NCBI GenBank assembly: GCA_023334545.1
Contig: JAADVB010000162.1
Coordinates: 1-43,802, forward strand
From: Salisapilia sapeloensis CBS 127946
Lineage: Eukaryota; Protista; Oomycota
DNA: 43,802 nucleotides
Reading direction: 5' to 3'
This document shows, in pieces, positions 9,900-21,455 of this stretch (the stretch's first letter is position 1; every line of letters starts with the position of its first letter). The translations under genes were made by a program, and so were the position numbers. The notes under the pieces were generated by a model that saw only the letters and a program-made list of their open reading frames with translations, was not told where the DNA came from and searched no databases.

Positions 9900-12800
9900 T
9901 CATGGCTTTCTTCCTTTCGTTGCTTGAAATATTGTCTTTATCGTGATATCGTTTGCTTCGTTTCGGCAAGAGCTTTGATGCGCACACAGCTCTTTGTGAA
10001 GATTTATCCGCAGCACTACCATTTCTACCAAATGACCTGCAACACTACGAACGCATTGCCGAAGCTCTCTTCGGTCTCTTGGGGTAACCACTGGATACTG
10101 AATACCGAGGCTTAAGCTCTCCTCAGCTTCCATCGCTTGCTGTCGAGCACATATTTTCTTCAATTTTACTGCGTAGCTCTCTCGCTTTGCAACCCTAGTC
10201 AAATTGAAATGCTCGTTTCGTTGACACTCTTGTCCTTGTGCATCAGGCTTGTCACTGATCATAAACCCGTCTTTCCGTAGATAGGGCTCAGCTACCACAG
10301 CTCTACGTTGGGCTCGCCACCACTCTAAACCACCTCCTTGATTCACAAGTTGGATTGGAGCGTAGACAGCTTCTGCCTCGGCAAGAATTCGACGCACTGT
10401 TGCTATGTGATGCGCAGCGCCAGGTGAGCTGGTTCGTCGCGTTTGTGGAACTGATTGCATGGAAATCTGACAGTCATGCAGTCGCTGTGCTCTTTCCAGT
10501 GCATCTCTAGATGTCAGACCATACAATCGACCGAGCAGTAGTGACCCAATAAGTCCAGTTCGATTGTGACCATTAGAACTGAAAATGTAAAGGTTTTCTC
10601 CCACTCGAAGGCGGTCTTCCAAGTGTTTCACATGTTCTTTGACTACTTCATCATCTATCGCCGTTTGTTTGGGAATAGGAAGGGTAATAAATTTGAGCAT
10701 TGGCAGATTTTGAAGCATTTGGTTGTTCTTTTCGAGCTGCTGTCGCAAGAGAATGATACTATTTGAACATTCGATGTGTTCCTGTGGATTACTCGCACTG
10801 TTTAGATCCTTTTCGGCCGTATCCAAGTGTCTGGTGACTATTCGAATTGCATTGGTGATATCAGTCTTGACAGAATTGTAGCTTGCTCTCACGAGTTTTT
10901 CAAAAGTCCAAGGAGTTGTGAATGTGCCCATTGTTTTTAATGCTCGCCGTATCTCGAGAGGTAGCGAGAGCGATCTTTCCAATTCAGATAATTCATCGTC
11001 GAGCATGAGGCAAACGAAAGTACCGACACCATCTAAGAGTATTTGAGCCGCGACATCGTGTTTCGATCCGGCTTTGCAATTGTTTATACTTGCCCATGGA
11101 TAACTACCTGCAAGTACACGTCCTCGAATAATCCAATATGAACGGTCTGTCGGCCCGACATGTGCCACTTGGAATTGGCGATAAAGTTTTGCATTCTCGA
11201 TGCGTATCAAGCCATTCTTCAATTGCCTTGAATGCATGTTCGGTAGTTTTGGCAGCGCAGTGTGTCCATGACTAGGATGCCAATTAATTTGTTCCATGAC
11301 TTTCAACCGCCTCTGTACCTCGGGGGAATCTATTTCTGCTGCTACACTCCACAATTGCATCGCATGCCGCATCTTTGCTTGATACTGAGCCAACATAAAG
11401 TCATAAAGCTTTACAGCCTGCTCTTGACGCCGAATGTAAAGGTCGATGCCATCAGCGGCGTGAGCGAGTGCGGCCAAAGCATTCAAACTTTCCCTCCTGC
11501 GCTCATTGACCCTTTGGATCCACCGTTGAAGTTTGGAAGCAGCTTCATACTGACGCAAACGTACTTCCTCCAGACGTTTCCACTTGACAAAGACCTGCCA
11601 CTGTCTCCAACTGTGGCCAAGGTAGAGAAAAAGCATTTGAGTGACAATTGTTGTCAGATGTGCATTCCGAACTGTCCTCGGAAGCAAAATATCACGCTCT
11701 TCCAATCGAAAGAAGCGTATCCGTGCATCTGGATTCCAGTATATGGATGTAAAACGACTCGATCCTGTTTTATTTGACTGGCAGTCGAGTTTGCAAACTT
11801 CATCTTCCAGCAAGTATCGCTTTCTTCCTATGAAGTCCATCCAAGCCTTAAAATTCCACGTCCCGTTTACGATCTCTGTGATGAATTTCAAATCGTATTG
11901 CTTGCTGATGCCAAAAAGAATATCCTGTCGTCGCACTTGCAGCTCGTTTTCTAATTCATGCCAAGTTTCCGTAATGATCTCATCGATGGTTTCGTCCGTC
12001 GGGAAAGTATCGACACTAAATCGCTTTCCGAGTACCTCTCGTCGCAGTTTGTGCCGTGCAATACGTTCAGCTGATAAAACTGCTCGCCAAGCGGCGAGTC
12101 TAGTTGGAAACTCCCCGATAGGAATAGGCCAGAACGAGGTTTGTCCTGGAGCCAAATCTGGCGGTACAAGGTTTGCTTTGTAGAAGCCATTTTCAAGTGC
12201 CTCTATGCCTCTGATCCATACGACGCGATGATATGTTTTTGGCACGACACAAGTCGTCTCCGTACCTGCCTCTGGCGTACTCGACAAGACAATTCCGTGC
12301 AAAAGCTCTCGCTTCCACCGCGTACATTCACTATGTCGAAAGAAAATATTGTCTCCGGGTAGCAATTTCACCGTACCTGACTTAGTTGGTGATGCTGGGC
12401 AGCTTGACGGGTGATATATGCGAGGTTGGACGATATGCTCAGATTCTATCTCGGTCTGCTTCAGAATTTGCTTTACACTCGGGCCTGTGTCATTGCTGAT
12501 CAAGTTGATTTGGTGGTGTGCCAAGTTACAAGTCTATCAAACGGATGTAAGTTGGAAGGAATACGTTGCTACTAAGCATTAATAAGCAGTACAATGTGGA
12601 TAGCATCCATGCAGGTAAAGCATACATGCGTGAGGTCACAGTCAGCACACGCAAGGATGGCACAGCGGATAGCACACTCTTCACACCTGACATCTCCACG
12701 TTTTGCTTCGACTGCTTGCATTTCGTTGTAGTCTTCGCCAGGAAAGCTGTGTCGGAACCATGCTGGGCAATTGATGTCGTACTCGAACTCATGTAGACAT

Positions 12801-12967
12801 CCATCAGTATCCACCTTGCCTTCAGTCAATTGATCATCAGGACTAGCGTTTTCAGTGGCTAAATCTGCCGATACCACGCCGTTCTCACTTTGACTGCCAC
12901 TCTCCAGCTCGCCGCGACTTTCATCTCGTAACAGTCGTGTGCTATCCAAGGACGCTTCCATCAGCAT
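9900..12967 (-). CDS. ~1000-aa protein: B-box-like zinc finger, AP2-like segment, IQ-like motif, PTP/DSP-like pseudo-phosphatase (exons 12967-12593, 12533-9900)
   Basis: A 59-nt GTACTG..GATAG intron joins the track ORFs 12572..12997 and 9900..12524 in frame and completes CEEC..LACADC..HVCFTCMDAIHITCNLAHH. SYWIIRGRVLAGSYP and LYIFSSNGHNRTG indicate a phosphatase-like fold. Confidence 0.75.
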
Positions 12968-13140
12968 GCTTAAAATTAAATATGAAACCGAAGGCACAAC
13001 ACATTTCCTCCAAAAGTGTCTTTGTTAGCTCTTTCGGCACCTTTGCCTCTCTTCTCCATGCAATACCTTCTCCAACAGCAAACTCTCGTAGGCTTTATGT
13101 GTGATATGTGTGTGTAGTAGCCTACGGAGTCGCAAACGAT

Positions 13141-15285
13141 CTACGCGCCATTATCCACCAGCGCATTCACGTCCCTATATGCCGCGCTCTCGAACGATCC
13201 ATGAAAGCCACGTCGATCGCTTCCAGTGTATCCGGCGTCGACAGCTCCATCTCCAAAGCCATACAAGCTCATCGACCGCTGCGGCGTACGAGCGGATCCG
13301 TTGAATCCAGAGAAGGCGTTCTGATTCCAGTTGTTGTTGCTCTCACTAGCGAACGGGCCGACCGACTGTGACCGATGCCTCGCAGACGAGTCGTAGTCTC
13401 CACCGACACTAATGTTGACGTTCGGCAGCATCTGCTGGAGGAACGCAAGGCCATTCTCCTTCTTCTCTCCAAAGCCTCCGAGACCAGTATTGAATGAGTC
13501 GTTCAAATTCGGAGAAGCAGAGGAGAATCCACTGAGGTAGGTCGGTTGGGAAGCAGGTGGCTTCGTCTGACTAGAATCTGTAGGGCGCATAGCTGCGTCT
13601 GCCACCGAGTAGGCTGTGGAAGACATGTGTGCGTTCTCCTCTGCCTCGGTCGCAAAGGCAAAGCGAGAACTTCTGCTGCCAGAGTCGCCGTGCACAAGCG
13701 GCGTGCTGCTCAATTCGACGCCCAAGAGACCTGCCAGTGTTTCTGTTGGTTCATTCCGCTGGCTGAATATGGAATCGAAAGAATTGAACGACAGGTCTTT
13801 CTGGTTCGACTCTTGCCACGGATCGTTCGTAGATTCGAGCTGGAGCCCGGAGCCAAAGCCCATGCCAAAGGAAGTAAAGTCCGGTTCTTCCTTCTCCTGC
13901 TTCACGGCCGGAGAAGGGAATGGCTGCGCCCACGCAGGCTTCTGCGTCGATCCGTTCGTCATCTTAAGCGCTTCCAGCGGTCCGAGGTCCTGCTTCTCTG
14001 AATTTCCATCCACATGCGCATCTTCCTTTTCATCCTGTGTTTCATCCTTTTGCTCTCCAGCCACAATGCGACTGTAGGACGCGTGCTTCGATGGAGGTGT
14101 CGTTGACTTGTTGGATGATGGCGAGGATGTAGCGCTAGGCGATGTCTTTTCAGCCATACTGTGGTTCTGTTTAAGTTTGTGGATAGCTGCAGCGCTCTGG
14201 GCTTTCCTCTGGGCGTCCTGACGAGCATCCTGTGTCGGCGAAGAGTTGGATCGCTTTGGAGGTGGGAAGGATGAACCTGCTCGAACGTCGGACTGATCCG
14301 GAGCTCCAGCGGCCTGTCGGAAGGCTGCTTTATTGGACTGTAAAGCTACCTCGAATGTTAGATTCCAATCTCTAATTGCCATATCGTTCTAGCAACACAC
14401 CTGCTTGCATCTCCTCTTTTGTAAAACTGTCTTCGTCATCTCCGAGCTCGTGCAGGTAGAGACATTCAGGGTTGTTGCACTGCATGTTGCGCAAAAAGAA
14501 GTTGCAATACTTGGTCGTCCCGAACGACGCTCTATGGGCGAGACGGTCATTAAAAGTTCCGAGCGTCAGTCTATCGATCCGAGTGGACAATACCGTAGTT
14601 GACAATTGTCCAAGATGAAGCCGTCTATTGCCAAGATGCAGGTGAGCGCATCTTCATTCGCAGCGAATGTCACGTAAGCGCTGGCAGTGGCGTTCGTTCT
14701 GTCCGTCTTGAGATGACTTTTATTTACCACCACCTTTGTGATCTTCCCGTACTGGCCAAAGCACTCGTTCGACCGCAGCATCTAGAATGAACGTTTATCA
14801 ATATTCGTCTGACGTGCCAAAGCTAATAGCAAGTACTTCTTCTTCGGCATAATGCTCTGGCAGTCCAATAACATAAACCAAGTTGCGCTGCATCACACGC
14901 ATGCTCGAGAGGTTGCGCTTAGATGCTGCACTGGTCGGCTTGCCTCGGCCCTGTGCCGCAGACCGCCGGTCGTGCTTCTCTTTCTGTTTTCGTGCCTTGG
15001 TCCGCCGAACGACACTAGAAATCGAGTGAGCTATTATTACACCATGCGACTCTATACAAGGTTAGAGACGCACTCTTCTCTGTCAATGTGGCTCGGCTTT
15101 TGCTTCGAAAGCTCCGAGTAGGGCGTCCTGCAGGCTGGACAAAGACCATTGTACTCGTTCTTGATCTGATGCCAGCACCAAAGGCAGACCTGATACCCGC
15201 ACGGACAGGCATCGAACGTCTTATCTGTGAGGTCGAGCTCCTCCATGCAGAGCGGACAGCAATCTCCTTCATCGTCGCTGGTCAT
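13141..15285 (-). CDS. NOT4: CCR4-NOT subunit 4, RING E3 ligase (5 exons)
   Basis: C4C4 RING CPLCMEELDLTD..F..CPCGYQVCLWCW, RRM (RVMQRNLVYVIGL...FGQYGKI.KVVVN...SAYVTF), CCCH finger (FGTTKYCNFFLRNMQCNNPECLYLH). In-frame introns 15073-15015, 14836-14782, 14593-14532, 14400-14346. Confidence 0.95.
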
Positions 15286-15675
15286 GTTTTCTCGTGTTGG
15301 CACTGGGGGCGTTTGTACTCGTCGTCGGATTCCTCCGCTCTCACCCGCTTTATTTCCGGCACAAATTGGCTGGTTTCAGCGACTTACGTTGTGGGGAGTT
15401 CTATTCCCGACATACTCGAGTCAAGTCAAAACCGCCCTGTCACCCAGAAGGTAACGGGAAATGTCCGTAAATATTGTGCACATGGAAAATCACTAATGCA
15501 GGCAATACGACACAACACGACCGAATCGCTAAAATGGGTGCACTAAATAGAAACCCCGAGCGCACTAATGCGCCCGACGGAATCAGAAGTGGAACGTGAA
15601 AGGTCGTACTTAAGCGTACTGAGCAAAGGCTATTACGTGGGACACAGTGTCTTTACAGAACTCAGCATCGGCATC

Positions 15676-16341
15676 ATGAGCGGCCTAGACCAGATCGCTG
15701 GCGCGTCCTCCTTCTTCCCGACCGCCAAGGAACTTTCCAGCGGCGTCCAGTGGTTTCGAGAGCACCCCGTACTCGCCACAGCCGCTGCCACAGCCGTCTC
15801 GGTGCTTACGTACTGGAATGCCACAGCCAATGCCGTCGAGCAGCTTGAAGAACATCACGTGCAAGAGGAAGAGCCACCCAAGTCGAATGCAACTCGAAAA
15901 CCTCGATTGCATAACGGCGTGAGCTGGTGTGACGAGCACGGCGGCAGTCTCACGGAAGTCTTTGAGCACCTAGAGTTAGACGAGCAAGTGAGCCAAGATG
16001 AAGACGAAAAGATGGAAGAACCAGTGGCAGATCTGATTTCGTATAAGGCAAGACCAGGCATGGCGTCTCACGCGTCCTTGGAATGTGGACTCAACAGCAA
16101 AGCAGGGGCTGATGCTAACGTTTCCAGGCCTGGCTCGGATGACCAGAACACCGAGTCACCCCAATGGGGGTGGTACGTCGCCATCACGCCACCTCAGGAT
16201 CCGAGTCCGAACGGAACGCATCCGGACGGAAATCAATCTCCAAGAGTCGCGTCAGGCGGGAGAGAAGAGCTTCCGCAGTTGGTCCCGCGAACGCAAATCC
16301 ATCGGACTCGACCTGATCCGTCCGTGCCAGTTTCAATGTGA
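15676..16341 (+). CDS. Hypothetical protein with VSWCDEHGGSLT and SPQWGWYV motifs
   Basis: Long ORF with GC-rich codon usage, divergent from NOT4. The likely start is ATG 15676 (MSGLDQ), although ATG 15568 is possible. Confidence 0.7.
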   Translation: MSGLDQIAGASSFFPTAKELSSGVQWFREHPVLATAAATAVSVLTYWNATANAVEQLEEHHVQEEEPPKSNATRKPRLHNGVSWCDEHGGSLTEVFEHLELDEQVSQDEDEKMEEPVADLISYKARPGMASHASLECGLNSKAGADANVSRPGSDDQNTESPQWGWYVAITPPQDPSPNGTHPDGNQSPRVASGGREELPQLVPRTQIHRTRPDPSVPVSM

Positions 16342-16426
16342 ATCGTTAACCACTTCAAGATGCCAATACATTTCTGCATGTTGGAAGATGATAGCACTAG
16401 GCACCTGGTCTTATCTCTAGGGTTTA

Positions 16427-19092
16427 TTACCTATCCAAACTAACCACATGGTGGACTATACCCTCCAAGCACTGCCGTATATGCTCCATTTCCACCGCCC
16501 GCTGCTCGGCATTATTTGTGACCCCTATCTGAATATAACAGGGGGGCGCGGTTATGCCATGGTCAATACTTCCGTCATCACTAGTGGTTAGATTGTCCTC
16601 ATGCATTTGCTGCTCAGTATTGTCTACTTGATCAAAGGTGATTGCAACTTTCTCGTCAGAACCAAAATGGACTTCATCATTTTGGACCGTCTTCAGCTCC
16701 ATATTCCTAGCTGTTGGTGGCAGAGTATCGTTGTCTCTCACTCGGCCTAACTCTTCCTGTTTTGCTATATCCAATCGATCTACGTGCACAGGCGGAGGAT
16801 GTAACGGTAAACCTTCATTTTGAAAGCCATGAATGTTTGTTTCGGAAAGATGCAACTCCATTTTCAAGGACTGCAGTATTTCATTCTTCAACCTGTTCAC
16901 CTCTCCATCGTCACGAGTTTCCGAAGCCAATATTGAAATCGTAGCTTCTCGATTGCCGACGCTGTTGTGTTCCTGCTTAAGCGCCGTATCCAACAAGGTC
17001 TGTACAACAGACAGTTTCTCTGCTACTGATGCAATGGTAACTTGGGCAACGATCGCATCCAAGCAACCTTGTATGGCACTGTTCTGTTCCACATGATCCA
17101 ATTTCGCCTGCCACCACGCTTTAATTGTGCCGTGCGATGATAAACATGATGCGGTACTGTTTGTCCCTGGCAATTCTTCTACTTCTACCGCAAGAGATGG
17201 CATGACACTAATTGCAGTCTCGTCACGATGGATCTTGCCTTGAGATTTCTTTCTCATATTTACAATACTTGGAGCCGGCATAGTAGTCGCACCACAAGGG
17301 ATATTTTTATGGAGGGGGGTCATCGGACAGGTGCTAGCATCCACACTTGTCGACTGTGAAAACGTGACAGATAGTTGTGGTGTGACGCTCCGACTGATAG
17401 AAAGCAGATCCTTTTCCTCCATCCTCTGGTTGCATGAGGCGTTCATAAATTCCAGTAGCGTCTCCTGAACGACGTCTACCGTATCTAATCGCTCACGATG
17501 TCTCTTCAAGACGCGCACAACTTCTTCACGAGTCGTTGATAGTTTCTTCATCCATCCTTCTGCGTCTTTGTTGACAAGCTGCTTCATTCGCGCATCACTG
17601 TCTTGTCGAGCTCGAACTTCTAGCTGCAGCACATCTTCAAGCTCTTTTATATGCCGATCGGTAGATTCGTAGCTATCCACAACATGATCCAAACTTCGTT
17701 CAACACTGACCTTCCATCCGTTCACTTCGTCTAGATTCTTATTCCACTTGAGGACATTTCGTTGAACAGTGTCTGCCAGCGCTTTCATTTCACCAACGCA
17801 TTTCGATGTCTCGGCAGTGCGCTCCAATGCAACTGAATTTAGCCTTCTCATTGAGGCAGTCACTTGACCTGCCAATGCTTGCACTTGTCCTTCACTTTCT
17901 TGCGTCATCCATTGAAGAATGCGCTTCAAGTGACGAAATTCGGACACGGCCCAGTGCTCTAGTGCCACCAGACCATCACTAACCTTTTGGATATCCTGTG
18001 TTTGCAAGTGCAAACGCTTTAAATCAGTTCCCGCGAGTAGCTGCCTTTGTTCTTCGAGCACATGAACGAGCTCAATCTTATCGGCCGTGCAACGAGCCTG
18101 AAGGGCACTGACACTACTGGCAACTTTCTCGTTTATGCGGTTTTCTACGTCGACTAATGCGCTGCGCATTTCTGTCAAGCTTTGACTCACGCCACCCTCC
18201 TTCTTCCAGCACTCCGTTCGATTATTTTCCACATCCGTTCGAAGAGACGAAAGCTGTGTTCGAAGTTGTGAGATGGCTTGGTGTATTTCTTCCGGTACTC
18301 CATGCTATCAATTCGCTCCAGTTAGCGTACAGATCGTAAATGGGTAGTATCCTAGCATACACTATCTCTTGGTAGGTTCAGTGCACTTTCAACAGTCTTT
18401 GTGTTGTACTCGTTGATGAAAGACTGTAATCGATGACTTTGCTGATCCAGCTTTGCCTTTGTGCCCTTTGACACTTCCGAGAGCTTTTCATCCATCTCCA
18501 CAAACCCATTGGACAGTCTGGAAACCTACGCGTCGTACCACACAGGTAAATTTCTCTTGTACTGTTCAGTAGACAACTATCCTACCTCTGCGAAGAGTAA
18601 AGCTAGTTTGTGTTGTTCTAGATGCATGTGCAGCGCATCCTCTTCTATCTTTTCATTGAGCAACTGCTGTAGCTTAGCCAAAACTTGACCGTCTATTTCA
18701 CAGCGATAATCGCTTTCGTACAACACACAGACACTAGGCTGCAGATACCTCGAGTTGTCTACATCTTCCGCATACCAAACGTCAATCTTAAAAGAAAATC
18801 ACATCATGAAGTCGCCATCTTACCATTCCATTCCCATGGCCGCTATCCCAGTCTACCTTTTGCCTCTTCCACGTCACCAATTCTTCTCGAAATCGCTCAT
18901 TCTCTCTCTCGAGCCACCTCACGCGCTGCTCCAAGTCCAATGCGCCTGCACCAGGATGAACCTACTCTAGAAGCAACAAGAAGAGTGCTGCAATGTACCT
19001 TGATTGGAAGCAGTCTCGCTTCGACTGTTCTTATCAACGCTGGACCTAGTGTCCACGTATGCAGGTGTAGTGCGATGGATGTGCGGGAGCAT
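16427..19092 (-). CDS. Multi-exon coiled-coil hypothetical protein (5' exon structure uncertain)
   Basis: 601-codon terminal ORF rich in heptad-like E/Q/K/L. Upstream coding-like pieces (LDLEQRVRWLERENERFREEL; VLAKLQQLLNEKIEED) are bounded by GT/AG. Candidate start MLPHIH at ATG 19092, but I could not fix the phase of the first intron. Confidence 0.6.
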
Positions 19093-19274
19093 GTCGAGAT
19101 AAAAAGTATGAAACGTCCAACTCGAAAATAGATACTTGCTAGAGGGCAAAAAGAGACCGGCACGTTCCTACGGAGCGCACCGGCCGAGTTCCTTGTTACT
19201 CCAGTCCGACTCGCCTGATCCTTGCCTTTTCAACTTTCGACTTTCAACCAAGTAGCTTGGATCTCAGGGCAACT

Positions 19275-20869
19275 TCATTGGGTCGCTCCTGCGCCATCGG
19301 GAGCGGCCACATCTAACGGCTGATAACTGGGTTGCCCGTCAGGTGTCGGCTCTTGCGGCAGAGGTGGCTGGGGGCTGCCCTGCATCGGAGATCCGTATCC
19401 GACAGATCCTACAAACTAATCAGTCTCTCATCAATTTGACATGAATTAGCTACAAGTACCTGGGGGTGGCTGGTTGTAATATGCCCGCTGGTACTGCTGC
19501 TGGTAGCCGAATCCCCTGCCCGGCCTACCGCTATTCGGTGGCTGAACCATCGGTGGCGGGTACGCCATCGGCATGTACATGTACGGCTGCATCATGTCAT
19601 CGCCCATGGGAGCACCTTCGTATCCCCACTCCTGGCCTTCATACCCTGCGTACGCTGGCGTCGGATACTCTTCTGATGGAGGAGGCGTGTAGGCAGGCTC
19701 CTTTGGCATGAAACTCGGTGTAAAAGCAGTGGCGGTGGCACTCAGCTTGAACTCCTTGGCATTGGGGTTCAGTCCCTTCTTCGGCTTCTCCGGCTCCGTG
19801 GAGGATGGAGATGCCGTCGACTTGCCAGTCACAGCGTCACTAAAGGTCTTTGGCTTGTCACCCGACTCTTCAGCAGACTCGTCTGCCGTCTTTTTGACTA
19901 CCTTGTCCTTTGTCTTTTCATCCGGCTTCTCCGCTGGCTTCTGTTGCTGCTGTTGCTTCCGCTGTGCTGGCGGGACGTAGGATCCCGGCTTTCGGTCGAC
20001 AGAACTGTACCTGGCCTCTTCATCGACGTCCGGTCCGTCGTTCTGACTCTTCTGTCCTCGCTCCTCCTGCAAGTGAAAGTTCTTAGACGTCTGTCCTTCA
20101 ATCTCGGCAGCGATCCGAGCAGCTTCTTTCGACTGAGCGCTGCTGATCTTGTTCTTGTCTAGCTTGGTCGTGTACAAGTTTTCATCAAAGGAAGACTTGA
20201 CGCCAAAGAGCTTTTCGTTCGCCTTGAACTGGTCCCATGCGCCGTCCTTGGACTTGCGACGAGCGTCTTCCAGCTCTCCCGTGTCGAGCGAAGGGTCCAG
20301 CCAGGAAGAAGCCGTTTCAAGCTCTCGTCCGTACAAATTGTCTCGACGGTTCGAGCTGATCTCCGTGTCGGTGCGGAAACCAGAGGACGACGAGGAGAAG
20401 ACTTCGGAAGAAGTAACTGCCCCGTCCGCCGATATCTGTGCGATCTGAGAGCTCTTGAAGACAACTGTGCTGCCGGTGCGATCCGTCGACGCATCCACCT
20501 GCCGAGCACTCTTGAGCACGACGGAATAGTCATCCGGATCGATGCAGTCCAAGATGCCAATGTATCGAGATGCGTCTCGAAGCTCTACATCCACCATCTT
20601 GCCCTGTTCAATAAAAAGGTCAAAAGATAAACCCAATGGACAGAGATGGATCGTATTAGAAGACGTACCACAAGAGATCGAAAGGCAAAGAGAGATCGAT
20701 GACGCAGTAGACGCTGGTACGATGCACTGAGACCTGTTTCACTGCTATTGCTAAATCCCGGAGGCAAAGTGGAGGAGGAGGAGGCGCTTTGACTGCCTCC
20801 TACTACCGCAGCCCAATTTCCATTGGAGCTGCTCGCATCCTGTCGATTGTTGGCGCTACATTGGACCAT
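19275..20869 (-). CDS. ATXN2: Ataxin-2/Pbp1-like protein (exons 20869-20669, 20603-19460, 19408-19275)
   Basis: LSm domain (GKMVDVELRD...GIL), LsmAD (WDQFKANEKLFGVKSSFDENLYTTKLD...AARIAAEIEG), PAM2 motif GLNPNAKEFKL, Pro/Gln/Tyr-rich tail. Introns of 65 and 51 nt restore the frame. Confidence 0.93.
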
Positions 20870-21455
20870 CTCGCGTTTACACACTGCCTCATTCGAAATT
20901 TCAATTTAGTGGACTCACCTCTTCTTGCGTCCATTGCCCCGAGATCCCGAGGCTGGCGCACGAGAGCCGCCTCGAGCGTTTGTGGATGACGTGGGGTGCA
21001 TCTTGTGTTTAACTTCAATGGGACGAGCGACGTTTGCGTCCTGTGGTGTCTACCTAGGTGTTTTATCCTAAGCTGAGGCGTAAGCAGGAGGGTATCAGAG
21101 GGCACGCAACCAGTAAGAGTAGCGTCGGAGGCCGCACGACCGCCGTTCCAAGCGAGTGATTTAGCACACCTTGTTTTCCGTCGCCTGATAGTACATACAC
21201 TAAACTTACACCCTCCGAACTGCTTTCCCAACTTCAAGTTGGTAACTTGTCTCCCTCTATCGATTGGCTTAAACTTGTGTTAATAGAAAGTCGATTGGTC
21301 TATATTACAGTCTATCCCGAAATGGTCAGGAGTATGTACGGAGAGCTTGTTACCCGCAGTTTTGGCCAGTCTTCCGTATCGATTTCGCTGACTAGCAATC
21401 GCACACAACCTCCGTAGCACCGACGTCGATCGCCTGTGCTGCTAAACAGAAAGAT

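Noticed and set aside
13141-20869. NOT4 and ATXN2 nearby as an mRNA-turnover gene cluster
   Set aside because: Two functionally related genes separated by two unrelated ones in a gene-dense genome is weak evidence without synteny or co-expression data.
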